64,000 nt of DNA, taken from Bacillota bacterium. GTDB taxonomy: Bacteria; Bacillota; Desulfotomaculia; Desulfotomaculales; UBA12532. The notes below the pieces were generated by a model that made no database searches, was not told the DNA's origin, and saw only the letters and a list, made by a program, of their open reading frames with translations. Every line of letters begins with the position of its first letter. The stretch's first letter is position 1. The stretch is from NCBI GenBank assembly GCA_040751815.1, contig JBFMHQ010000002.1:5577-69576 (forward strand), in the 5' to 3' direction. The position numbers and the translations under genes were made by a program. This document shows, one piece after another, positions 19,272-27,230 of the stretch.

Positions 19272-19637
19272 TCAGATGGGCGGCGATTCAGTTACCGGTT
19301 GTTCATCTACTCCGGTGGCTGGCTGGGCTGGCTGTGTCGCCGTCCCGAATACCCGCTCTTCAAGGCGACGCACCCGGGCCTGCAAGTCGAGAACCTCGCT
19401 GCGGCGCGCCAGGTCCCACTCGTCACGGTACCTGCCGATCTCGCTGGCCATCCTGGAGCGCAGTTCTTCACGCTCTTTCTGCCCTCTCTCCATCAACTCC
19501 TGAATAAAGTGCCTGGCTTCTTCTGCCGAAGCCTGTCCTTTCTCCGCCAGTTCCTTTGCCAACTGCTCGGCCTTTTCCTTGGTTAGAGATAGCGCGCCGA
19601 TACCCACGAGGGTCATTTTGCGCAGTAGTTCAAACAC
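19272..19637 (-). CDS. Phasin-like / coiled-coil small protein (COG3937-type)
   Basis: MFELLRKMTLVGIGALSLTKEKAEQLAKELAEKGQ...ARHFIQELMERGQKEREE; GTG start with AGGAGG RBS. Confidence 0.55.
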   Translation of the reverse strand: MFELLRKMTLVGIGALSLTKEKAEQLAKELAEKGQASAEEARHFIQELMERGQKEREELRSRMASEIGRYRDEWDLARRSEVLDLQARVRRLEERVFGTATQPAQPATGVDEQPVTESPPI

Positions 19638-19768
19638 GCTGCCACCTCCTGGTGTATATGTTATACATAGTATACCACACTAGTCGTTTTCTTTTCACGA
19701 GCCGAGTCACCGTACCTCCTCAGTCTGGTAAACCGGCGCGTGCACGGCCTGCCCGGCAAACCTTTTTC

Positions 19769-19797
19769 TTGACGCAGGGAGCGGTTTCCGCTATAAT
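19769..19797 (+). promoter_or_regulatory. Sigma-A-type promoter of the tRNA cluster
   Basis: TTGACG (19769-19774), 17 nt spacer, TATAAT (19792-19797), 16 nt before tRNA-Pro. Confidence 0.6.
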
Positions 19798-19813
19798 AAC
19801 TTTTGCAGCCTGC

Positions 19814-19891
19814 CGGGATGTGGCGCAGGTGGGCAAGCGCGCTTGCCTTGGGAGCAAGAGGTCGGGGGTTCAAGTCCCCCCATCCCGACCA
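19814..19891 (+). tRNA. tRNA-Pro (anticodon TGG), CCA encoded
   Basis: Acceptor CGGGATG/CATCCCG (C1:G72 as in bacterial tRNA-Pro), anticodon loop CTTGGGA, T-arm GGGGG-TTCAAGT-CCCCC. Confidence 0.9.
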
Positions 19892-19987
19892 GTTTCGAGG
19901 TCGGAGGCAGGAAGTCAGAGGTAAGGAATTCGCCTGGCGAACTACGATAGGCAATCCGTTTCCGATCTTTGCATCGACTACTGTTAC

Positions 19988-20072
19988 GGAGGGGTTCCCG
20001 AGCGGCCAAAGGGGGCAGACTGTAAATCTGCTGGCGCAGCCTTCGCTGGTTCAAATCCAGCCCCCTCCACCA
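19988..20072 (+). tRNA. tRNA-Tyr (anticodon GTA), long variable arm, CCA encoded
   Basis: Acceptor GGAGGGG/CCCCTCC, anticodon loop CTGTAAA, T-loop GGTTCAAATCC. Confidence 0.9.
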
Positions 20073-20129
20073 TAAACGGAAGCAACAAGAGTCAGGAGGT
20101 CCTGTTATCTGACGTCGGACCTCCGATGC

Positions 20130-20205
20130 GGGCCACTAGCTCAATTGGTAGAGCAGGCGACTCTTAATCGTCAGGCTACAGGTTCGAGTCCTGTGTGGCC
20201 CACCA
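20130..20205 (+). tRNA. tRNA-Lys (anticodon CTT), CCA encoded
   Basis: Acceptor GGGCCAC/GTGGCCC, D-arm TAGCTCAATTGGTAGAGC, anticodon loop CTCTTAA, T-loop GGTTCGAGTCC. Confidence 0.9.
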
Positions 20206-20220
20206 GTTTGCACAAGCGGT

Positions 20221-20252
20221 GCCGGTTGTCAGCGCAACCGGCCTTTGTTTTT
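20221..20252 (+). terminator. Intrinsic terminator of the tRNA cluster
   Basis: GCCGGTTG-tcagcg-CAACCGGC followed by CTTTGTTTTT. Confidence 0.7.
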
Positions 20253-20359
20253 ACCCTTGTACGTCTACCCGCCGTTCCTTCCCTGCCGAGTTACAGGGCT
20301 AACAGGGTGTGCTTACTAGCAGACGTGATCTTTTCCCCGGCGCTAGGATGACAAGTACT

Positions 20360-20659
20360 TTATCGGTCCTCTTCTTTTTGTTCGATTTTAAAGACCACCG
20401 TGCCCCCTCCGGTCCGTTCACAGGGGTCCGGGCATTGAACATAAGCGGCCCGTCCCTCCCTGCCCAGGCCGAGTTCCACCGGGTTGATGCCCCGGCTCAG
20501 GGCGACGTAATATGGCATAAGCGTAACCAACCCGTGCAAGCAGAGTGGAATATCGGTGGCCAGCCTGTATCCGCCTACAACCTTGAACATATCCCCTACC
20601 CGGTAGACCGGGCAGCGGCCTTTAATTTCAACAACACGGATAATCAGGTTCCATGGCAT
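20360..20659 (-). CDS. TIGR04076-family small Cys-rich protein (function unknown)
   Basis: MPWNLIIRVVEIKGRCPVYRVGDMF...CLHGL..LMPYY.AL...VQCPDPCERTGGGTVVFKIE. Start refined to ATG 20659; the track ORF goes to 20737. Confidence 0.65.
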   Translation of the reverse strand: MPWNLIIRVVEIKGRCPVYRVGDMFKVVGGYRLATDIPLCLHGLVTLMPYYVALSRGINPVELGLGREGRAAYVQCPDPCERTGGGTVVFKIEQKEEDR

Positions 20660-20846
20660 ACAGGTGCCTCCTGGAAGCTTTTTAACAAGTGTTGAATAGC
20701 GAAGCCGGTAAGGCCGATTAATCTTCGGGCAGTACATTCGACCTGCGGAGGACTATTTCCTGTTTCCTCGGATTCTCCGGCATGAAACAAGGACTGTTAA
20801 AGCCGCTGTCGAATTCATGAACCAATCTAGAAGGAGGGGACAAATC

Positions 20847-21047
20847 ATGTTCCACATCGGTGTGCCCGAGTTTCTCCTTATTTTGGCCATCGTTCTCTTG
20901 ATCTTCGGAGCCGGAAAACTGCCTGAGGTCGGACGGGCCATGGGTCAGGCACTAAGTGAATTGCGCCGTTCGTCCCGGGAAAAGGAGGGCAAAAACGACC
21001 ACATTCCGGCACTCGAGGCTCCGGAAAAAGAACACCGTGAGGCCTGA
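20847..21047 (+). CDS. tatA: Twin-arginine translocase TatA/E-family subunit
   Basis: MFHIGVPEFLLILAIVLLIFGAGKLPEVGRAMG. AGGAGGGG RBS 6 nt upstream of ATG 20847. Confidence 0.85.
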   Translation: MFHIGVPEFLLILAIVLLIFGAGKLPEVGRAMGQALSELRRSSREKEGKNDHIPALEAPEKEHREA

Positions 21048-21085
21048 AGTGGACATCGCGAAGAATGCCTGCCCTTCACGGGAGA

Positions 21086-21113
21086 TTGACGCGGGGAAAA
21101 TTGGCGCTATAAT
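21086..21113 (+). promoter_or_regulatory. Sigma-A-type promoter upstream of thi4
   Basis: TTGACG (21086-21091), 16 nt spacer, TATAAT (21108-21113). Confidence 0.5.
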
Positions 21114-21159
21114 GGATAGCATAAAAAGGGCTGTACTAAACCGCGGAGGGTGAAGGGCA

Positions 21160-21945
21160 TTGCCAATCGATGAGCGGGTGATTTCACACGCAATCATTAA
21201 CAGGTTTATGGACCGCCTCCTGGCAAACCTTGAAACGGACGTTTGCGTGGTCGGTGGCGGACCCTCAGGCCTCGTAGCCGCCCATTACCTTGCGCGGGCC
21301 GGCCTGCGGGTGGCCCTTTTCGAACGAAAGTTGAGCCTTGGCGGGGGTATGTGGGGCGGTGCCATGATGATGAACGAGATCGTCTTTCAAGACGATGCCC
21401 GGCCCGTATTCGAGGAGATGGGTATCAACCCGCATCCCTTTGCGCCTGGCTATTACACCGTTGCGGCACCAGAAGCCGTCGCCGCCCTTATCGGTGCCGC
21501 GGTAAGGGCAGGAGCAGCCATCTTCAACCTTATCGGAGTTGAGGACGTAGTTTTGCATGACAACCGGGTGACCGGTCTGGTACTGAATTGGTCGGCCGTA
21601 ACGATTGCCGGGCTACACGTTGACCCCCTTGCCACACGGTGCGCGTACGTCATTGACGCCACCGGGCACGACGCCGCCGTGGTGAACGTTTTAGCCCGCA
21701 AAGCTGGGGTTACCCTGGCTACACACCAGGGTGCCGTTCTAGGCGAGAAACCTATGTGGGCAGAAGTTGGCGAAACGCAACTGATGGAGAATACCGTCGA
21801 GGTATACCCGGGTCTTTTTGTCGCCGGCATGGCGGCTAACGCCGTGGCCGGCGGCTACCGTATGGGCGCCATTTTCGGCGGTATGGTGCTTTCGGGTCGC
21901 CGGGCGGCCGAACTGGTTGCTGCCCGGCTGGGAAAATCCATTTAA
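21160..21945 (+). CDS. thi4: Thi4-type thiazole synthase (sulfide-dependent ADP-thiazole synthase class)
   Basis: VCVVGGGPSGLVAAHYLA, LGGGMWGGAMMMN, and IDATGHDA, which has His at the position occupied by the suicide Cys in yeast Thi4. TTG start. Confidence 0.9.
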   Translation: MPIDERVISHAIINRFMDRLLANLETDVCVVGGGPSGLVAAHYLARAGLRVALFERKLSLGGGMWGGAMMMNEIVFQDDARPVFEEMGINPHPFAPGYYTVAAPEAVAALIGAAVRAGAAIFNLIGVEDVVLHDNRVTGLVLNWSAVTIAGLHVDPLATRCAYVIDATGHDAAVVNVLARKAGVTLATHQGAVLGEKPMWAEVGETQLMENTVEVYPGLFVAGMAANAVAGGYRMGAIFGGMVLSGRRAAELVAARLGKSI

Positions 21946-21968
21946 GAGGATCCGCTTAAAGGGTCTTT

Positions 21969-22478
21969 ATGTATGGACGCAGGCTTACAAGCTTCCCCGC
22001 CCCATCCGGCAAAAACTCGATGTGGCTTTGGACCAGGGCCAAAAACCCCCTGCGTGTTATTTATAACTTCCTCCTGATTTCATTTGCCCGCTACGTGCCT
22101 TCCCTCACCCTCAGGATCTGGCTGCTGCGCGCCACGGGGATGCGCGTGGCACCGAACGTGGGCGTGGGCATGCTTGCCATGTTCGATTTCTTTTTTCCGG
22201 AATTGATAACCCTTGAAGAGAACTGTCTCATCGGGTATAACGCAACCATTCTCTGCCATGAGTTCCTGCCTGAAGAATACCGCATCGGTCCCGTTGTCAT
22301 CGGGAAAAACGCCCTGATCTCGGCAAATACCACCGTCCTTGCGGGGGTACGCGTTGGCCCCAATACCATTGTTTCCGCAGCGTCCCTGGTCAACCGCGAC
22401 CTGCCACCCAACGTCCTGGCCGGCGGGGTACCCGCGCGGGTTATCAGGCGACGGATGTTTCCCGCGACCGGAAACTGA
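21969..22478 (+). CDS. Left-handed beta-helix (hexapeptide-repeat) acyl/acetyltransferase
   Basis: IGYNATILCHE...IGPVVIGKNALISANTTVLAGVRVGPNTIVSAASLVNRDLPPNVLAGGVPARVI. The true start may be ATG 22020. Confidence 0.75.
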   Translation: MYGRRLTSFPAPSGKNSMWLWTRAKNPLRVIYNFLLISFARYVPSLTLRIWLLRATGMRVAPNVGVGMLAMFDFFFPELITLEENCLIGYNATILCHEFLPEEYRIGPVVIGKNALISANTTVLAGVRVGPNTIVSAASLVNRDLPPNVLAGGVPARVIRRRMFPATGN

Positions 22479-22481
22479 CCG

Positions 22482-23087
22482 ATGCAGCAGGGTGAGGAGA
22501 GTATTTTTTTGCGCCGGCCGACCTTATATTCTCTTACCCTGGTAAACGCAGCCGGCGCCGTATACGGGTTCTACTGGTATCGCTTTCAACTGGCGGCAAC
22601 CCCCTGGTGGTTCTGGCCCTTCGTTCCGGAGTGCCCCATCCAGGCGCTCCTTTTCGCCGTTGTGGCCTGCCTTCTGCTGGCGGGCAGGCGCAGCCCTTTT
22701 CTGGAAACGGTGACTTACCTCGGGCTGGTCAAGTACGGCAGTTGGACCGTTATGGTGCTTTCCCTCTTTAGACTGACGGGTGGGCAGCTTGACGGGGAGA
22801 AGCTGTTTCTTTTGTTTTCCCACGTCGGGATGGCCCTGGAAGGGCTTCTCTTTCTCCGCTTCGTGCCCCGCCCCGGCCGGCTGCTGCTGTTCGGCGCTCC
22901 TGCCTGGTTCGGAGCCATGGACTTCCTGGATTACGGCGCGGGAATTCACCCCTGGCTGCCCAACCCTGCACAGTTGCCGGCAGCGCTTTTCTTTGCCCTC
23001 CTGGGAACAGCCTTTGCATTGCTCTGGCTCCTATTGCGGGTTTTGCAGCCTGCCGAGAGGCCCGAGGGTAGTGTTGACAGCCTCTAA
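22482..23087 (+). CDS. DUF1405 family integral membrane protein
   Basis: LVNAAGAVYGFYWY..QL...WWFWPFVPECP; about 6 TM helices. Confidence 0.7.
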   Translation: MQQGEESIFLRRPTLYSLTLVNAAGAVYGFYWYRFQLAATPWWFWPFVPECPIQALLFAVVACLLLAGRRSPFLETVTYLGLVKYGSWTVMVLSLFRLTGGQLDGEKLFLLFSHVGMALEGLLFLRFVPRPGRLLLFGAPAWFGAMDFLDYGAGIHPWLPNPAQLPAALFFALLGTAFALLWLLLRVLQPAERPEGSVDSL

Positions 23088-23124
23088 AGGAGCATGTTAA
23101 GATAATTTTTGCTGTAAGGATTGT

Positions 23125-23210
23125 GCGGCAGTGGCGGAACGGCAGACGCGCTAGATTCAGGATCTAGTGGGGAGACCCCCGTGGAGGTTCAAATCCTCTC
23201 TGCCGCACCA
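23125..23210 (+). tRNA. tRNA-Leu (anticodon CAG), long variable arm, CCA encoded
   Basis: Acceptor GCGGCAG/CTGCCGC, anticodon stem-loop CTAGA-TTCAGGA-TCTAG, T-loop GGTTCAAATCC. Confidence 0.9.
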
Positions 23211-23219
23211 TGAAAAGAT

Positions 23220-23249
23220 GGGCTTCCGGTTGGAAGCCCTTTTCGTTTT
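23220..23249 (+). terminator. Intrinsic terminator after tRNA-Leu
   Basis: GGGCTTCC-ggtt-GGAAGCCC followed by TTTTCGTTTT. Confidence 0.7.
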
Positions 23250-23354
23250 CCGGAGAATGTTTTTGCCCGGCTGCAAAAGATTTGTTGTAGAACCTATTAA
23301 TTTTTACATTAATGTTACGCAAGTTTAACCGATAAAGAAAGTAAAAAATCGGGG

Positions 23355-24692
23355 GTGGGGGTTGTGGCTAAGAAGAACTGCTGGGAACTCAAAGATTGTC
23401 CGGAGGAACAGAAGCAAAAATGCCCGGCCTTTATGGAGAATCTCGGGCGGCGCTGCTGGCGGGTCCCCGGCACATGGTGCGGTGGGCAGAAGCAGGGAAA
23501 TATTTTGCAGAAACTGGCCACCTGCCATACCTGCGACGCCTACTACCGCATAAACTCCCTCGTCTGGTACCAGACGTCTTACTCCCGCTTCCTGGTTTTC
23601 GTCACACTCCCGCTTATGATCTTGTTCGCCGGGTTTCTGTTTTATATTGTTTATTTCAAGACTTCCACCCCGCCCTTCTTCAGTGCCGCCGCCGGCATCT
23701 ACCTGGCCGCCATTCCGTTTTTCACGCTGGCCGCCGCTTTCCAAATGACCAAGCCTGTCCGTATCCTGCGCGAGAAATTGATGCAGGTAGGCCAGGGCGA
23801 TCTTGCCGGAGGGGAGGCTATAGTACCCCGCAGAGACGAGTTTATGCTTCTGGCTATAGGTTTTAATGATATCGTACAAATGCTTCAGGATACCGTTAAA
23901 CAATTGAGCGAAAAAGCCGGAATCCTTTCTTCATCAGCCGAACAGCTGACGGCCAACGCCGAGCAGACATCTGCCGGCGCCGGGGAAACTGCCTCAACCG
24001 TAAACCAGATCGCGGCTACCGCAGACAACGTCAGCCAGGAAGTCGGTTCTGTAGCCGCGACCGCGAGGGGCGTTGCTGAACAGGCGGCACAGGGGGGACG
24101 GGACCTGGCCGAACTCCGTTCCCACATGCAATCTATCGAAGGAGCAACCCGTAACGTGGCAACCGTGATTCGGGAATTGGAGCAAAAATCTACCGAAATT
24201 ACGCAAATCGTTGATTTGATTACGCAGATAGCCGATCAGACCAACCTCCTGGCCCTTAATGCGGCCATCGAAGCCGCCAGGGCCGGAGAACAGGGCCGCG
24301 GCTTTGCCGTTGTGGCCGAAGAGGTACGCAGGCTCGCGGAACAGTCGGGAGGCGCGGCGGATGAGATACGCCGGCTGATCGCCGGGATGCAAGCACAAAG
24401 CCAGCGCGCCGTGGGAGCCATGACCGAAAGCGTCAAGCTGGTCCAGGCCGGGACGGGTGTCGTCGGGCGAGCCGCCGGGTCGTTTCAGGAAATAATTAAC
24501 GCGGTACAGGACCTTACCGCCAGGCTGCAAGGCGTCGCTACGGCTGCCCAGCAGATGGCCGGGGCCGTTGTAAGCGTAGCCGCCACCGCCGAAGAACAAA
24601 GCGCGGCTACCGAAGAGGTGACTGCCGCAGCCGAAACCCTGGCCAGGCTGGCTGGCGAGTTACAGGCGATAGCCGCCAGATTCAAGTTATAG
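23355..24692 (+). CDS. Methyl-accepting chemotaxis protein with N-terminal cytoplasmic Cys/Trp-rich (two 'CW') sensor module, 2 TM, HAMP and MA domains
   Basis: [37 protein letters not shown]...CHTC, two TM helices with a very short outer loop, a HAMP-like segment, and the signalling hairpin [35 protein letters not shown]. The true start is probably GTG 23364 (MAKKNCWE). Confidence 0.85.
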   Translation: MGVVAKKNCWELKDCPEEQKQKCPAFMENLGRRCWRVPGTWCGGQKQGNILQKLATCHTCDAYYRINSLVWYQTSYSRFLVFVTLPLMILFAGFLFYIVYFKTSTPPFFSAAAGIYLAAIPFFTLAAAFQMTKPVRILREKLMQVGQGDLAGGEAIVPRRDEFMLLAIGFNDIVQMLQDTVKQLSEKAGILSSSAEQLTANAEQTSAGAGETASTVNQIAATADNVSQEVGSVAATARGVAEQAAQGGRDLAELRSHMQSIEGATRNVATVIRELEQKSTEITQIVDLITQIADQTNLLALNAAIEAARAGEQGRGFAVVAEEVRRLAEQSGGAADEIRRLIAGMQAQSQRAVGAMTESVKLVQAGTGVVGRAAGSFQEIINAVQDLTARLQGVATAAQQMAGAVVSVAATAEEQSAATEEVTAAAETLARLAGELQAIAARFKL

Positions 24693-24774
24693 TGCGGGCA
24701 CTATCCAATGCGGTGAACGGGGTAGATCAAAATTAAAGGCGCTAGTAGCCAGATTTAAGTGGTAGCGGCCGCAA

Positions 24775-25809
24775 CTACTCTCCAACCGGGTTATCAACCT
24801 GCCCGGTAAGCGTAACTCCCGGGTTCAGGTTGGCCAGTTCTCTTATTTTTTTCTCAATCTCCTCCGCAAGCTCGCGATGCTCTTTCAGGTACTCCCGGGC
24901 GCTCTCCCGCCCCTGTCCAAGGCGCTCTTCCCCATAGCTGTACCAGGCTCCGGCCTTGCTTATAATCTTCAGGTCCACTCCGAGATCCAGGATGCTACCC
25001 TCTCGGGATATACCCTCCCCGTATAGAATGTCGAAATCGGCTTGTTTGAAGGGCGGAGCCACCTTATTTTTTACAACCTTAGCCCGTACACGGCTGCCAA
25101 TCACCTCGGCGCCCTGTTTCAGCGCCTCCAACTTGCGAACTTCCAGGCGCACCGAGGCATAGAACTTGAGTGCCCTGCCTCCCGGCGTGGTTTCCGGGTT
25201 CCCGAACATAACGCCGACTTTCTCCCTGATCTGGTTGATAAAAATGGCACTGGTACGCGATTTCGAAATGACGCCGGTAAGTTTGCGCAGGGCTTGTGAC
25301 ATAAGACGGGCCTGCAATCCCACATGGATATCCCCCATCTCACCTTCCAGTTCGGCACGGGGTACCAGAGCTGCTACACTATCCACGACGATAACGTCGA
25401 TGGCGCCGGAACGGACCAGAGCCTCAGCGATCTCCAGGGCCTGCTCGCCGGTGTCGGGCTGGGCAACCAGCAGGTTATCGATATCTACGCCTACCTTGCG
25501 GGCGTATAACGGGTCGAGGGCATGCTCGGCATCGATAAAGGCGGCCGCACCACCCGCCTTCTGTGCCTCGGCGATCACGTGGAGGGCTACCGTAGTCTTG
25601 CCCGACGATTCTGGTCCAAAGATCTCAATTACCCTTCCCCGTGGAATTCCCCCAACACCCAGTGCCAAATCCAGGGCGAGGGACCCCGTCGGAATCACCT
25701 CCACGGTCAGACGCGATGACGCCTCACCCAGTTTCATTATTGCTCCTTTGCCAAACTGTCGTTCTATCTGCGCTACCGCAATATCGAGCGCCTTCTGCTT
25801 ATCGAGCAA
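24775..25809 (-). CDS. recA: Recombinase RecA
   Basis: [54 protein letters not shown]. Start refined to TTG 25809 with a GGGAGGG RBS; the track ORF goes to 25860. Confidence 0.95.
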   Translation of the reverse strand: MLDKQKALDIAVAQIERQFGKGAIMKLGEASSRLTVEVIPTGSLALDLALGVGGIPRGRVIEIFGPESSGKTTVALHVIAEAQKAGGAAAFIDAEHALDPLYARKVGVDIDNLLVAQPDTGEQALEIAEALVRSGAIDVIVVDSVAALVPRAELEGEMGDIHVGLQARLMSQALRKLTGVISKSRTSAIFINQIREKVGVMFGNPETTPGGRALKFYASVRLEVRKLEALKQGAEVIGSRVRAKVVKNKVAPPFKQADFDILYGEGISREGSILDLGVDLKIISKAGAWYSYGEERLGQGRESAREYLKEHRELAEEIEKKIRELANLNPGVTLTGQVDNPVGE

Positions 25810-25848
25810 CCCAATCCCTCCCAAGGATATTAGGATATTATCGCTAAT

Positions 25849-25876
25849 ATTGTAAGGCAAATACCGGTATTTGCAA
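25849..25876 (-). promoter_or_regulatory. recA promoter with embedded 18-bp palindrome
   Basis: Minus strand: TTGCAA (25876-25871), 16 nt spacer, TACAAT (25854-25849). The perfect palindrome GCAAATACCGGTATTTGC (25857-25874) spans the -35 and spacer. Confidence 0.55.
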
Positions 25877-25904
25877 AGAAAAAACGCGGGAATTTATCCC
25901 GCGT
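25876..25904 (-). terminator. Intrinsic terminator of cinA (stop codon inside the loop)
   Basis: 8-bp stem ACGCGGGA/TCCCGCGT (25884-25904), loop contains the cinA TAA (25896-25894), followed on the minus strand by TTTTTCTT (25883-25876). Confidence 0.65.
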
Positions 25905-27150
25905 CCGTATCTTGAAGGTACCTTTTGAGCAGGTTAAGAGCCGTATTTACCGTTCCCTCCCGTACTGCAGCCCGGTGGCCGGGTAGAACAAAGCGGCGGC
26001 AATCAAGGTAGTTTGTACCCGCAAGGGCAATATAAACAAGTCCCACCGGCTTCTCAGGCGTTCCTCCACCCGGCCCGGCTATTCCGGTAACGGCCAGGGC
26101 AACATCTGCGCCTGTGACAGAGCGTACGCCGCGGACCATGGCCACGGCGGTTTCCTCGCTTACCGCGCCGTGACGCGCCAGAGTTTCCGCCGGTACTCCC
26201 AGCAAACGCTCTTTAAGGGCGTTGCTGTACGCAATGACCCCGCCGGCAAAGTAGGCAGAGCTACCCGGTACGCTTGTGATGCGTGCGCCGAGCAGTCCGG
26301 CCGTACAAGATTCGGCTACTGCGAGAGTCAACCCCTTTGCCTGCAGCAAGTCCCCCACGGTTACTTCGATCTTTTCATCGTTAACGGCAAAAATGTACGG
26401 GCCGAGGCGGCGGCGAATTTCCTCGCCTACTCCGGCGGCCGAGTTCTCCGCCTCCAGCATATTAGCGCCGCGCGCAGCCACACGCACGTGCACCTCACCG
26501 GGCCGCGCCAGGAAACCTAGCGTGGGATTCTTCAAGGTAGTAAGGTCGCGCAGGGCCTCGTGCACGGCGTACTCGGGGATAGCTGTAAGCCTGTAAACGC
26601 GGTGGTAAATGACGGGCCCGTGCCCGGGCAGGGACTTCAGGTACGGGATAACCGAAGCCTCGAACATGGCCTGCAACTCCCTGGGTGGGCCCGGAAGAAT
26701 TATAATGGCTTTACCATCGATTTCCAGAATAGCGCCGGAGGCTGTACCGACCGGGTTGGGGAGTACCCGGGCTCCCGCCGGGAAATAGGCCTGACGAATA
26801 AGCACCTCGGGAAGTTCTTTTCCCTGCACCGCAAAATGAGACTCCATCCCGCTCACGGAGGCCCTATCAAGGACCATGGGCCGCCCCACTACTTCAGCCA
26901 CAACCTCTTTGGTAATGTCATCACTTGTAGGACCAAGCCCTCCGGTGGTAAAAACCAGATCCGCCCTCTGCAGGGCGTCCTGGATGGCCCGCTTCATTAC
27001 GGCCCGGTCGTCGCCAACCGAAGTGTGCGCCGTTACCTCAATTCCCAGCTTTACAAGTTGATCGCTCAGATACTGGGCATTCGTATTAACTATATGTCCG
27101 AGGAGGATCTCGGTGCCTGTAAATATCAATTCGGCCTGCAAAAGAATCAC
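25894..27150 (-). CDS. cinA: Competence/damage-inducible protein CinA (MoCF-binding domain plus PncC-type NMN amidohydrolase domain)
   Basis: AELIFTGTEILLGHIVNTNAQYLS, TTGGLGPTSDD, C-terminal LAVAESCTAGLLGARITSVPGSS. Canonical cinA-recA pair. Confidence 0.9.
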   Translation of the reverse strand: MILLQAELIFTGTEILLGHIVNTNAQYLSDQLVKLGIEVTAHTSVGDDRAVMKRAIQDALQRADLVFTTGGLGPTSDDITKEVVAEVVGRPMVLDRASVSGMESHFAVQGKELPEVLIRQAYFPAGARVLPNPVGTASGAILEIDGKAIIILPGPPRELQAMFEASVIPYLKSLPGHGPVIYHRVYRLTAIPEYAVHEALRDLTTLKNPTLGFLARPGEVHVRVAARGANMLEAENSAAGVGEEIRRRLGPYIFAVNDEKIEVTVGDLLQAKGLTLAVAESCTAGLLGARITSVPGSSAYFAGGVIAYSNALKERLLGVPAETLARHGAVSEETAVAMVRGVRSVTGADVALAVTGIAGPGGGTPEKPVGLVYIALAGTNYLDCRRFVLPGHRAAVREGTVNTALNLLKRYLQDTDAG

Positions 27151-27230
27151 CCTTGAGCTCGTACTTTATTTCACTTATTCGGCGGGCAGAAAGAAAAACC
27201 TTCTCGGGGTAAAAATTTTGCATACAAAAA

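Noticed and set aside
21048-21159. Possible TPP riboswitch upstream of thi4.
   Set aside because: I could not find the conserved CUGAGA or ACCUGAUCUGGAUAAUGCCAGCG-like elements. Only a promoter-like TTGACG-16-TATAAT is present.
25166-25855. Long ORFs antisense to well-supported genes. Examples are 25166..25855 opposite recA, 31703..32683 opposite ftsK and 62809..63732 opposite the qmoB-like gene. Others are 10809..11621 opposite acsD, 16141..16863 opposite acsB, 46800..47735 opposite comM and 37324..38136 opposite the DUF255 gene.
   Set aside because: The translations are Arg/Pro/Ser/Ala-rich low-complexity strings with no motifs and no RBS. Each lies opposite a gene with clear family signatures. 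This is the expected stop-codon depletion on the antisense strand of GC-rich coding DNA.
25810-25904. Canonical LexA (Cheo box, GAAC-N4-GTTC) operator upstream of recA.
   Set aside because: The motif does not occur in this interval. A different palindrome is reported as a finding instead.
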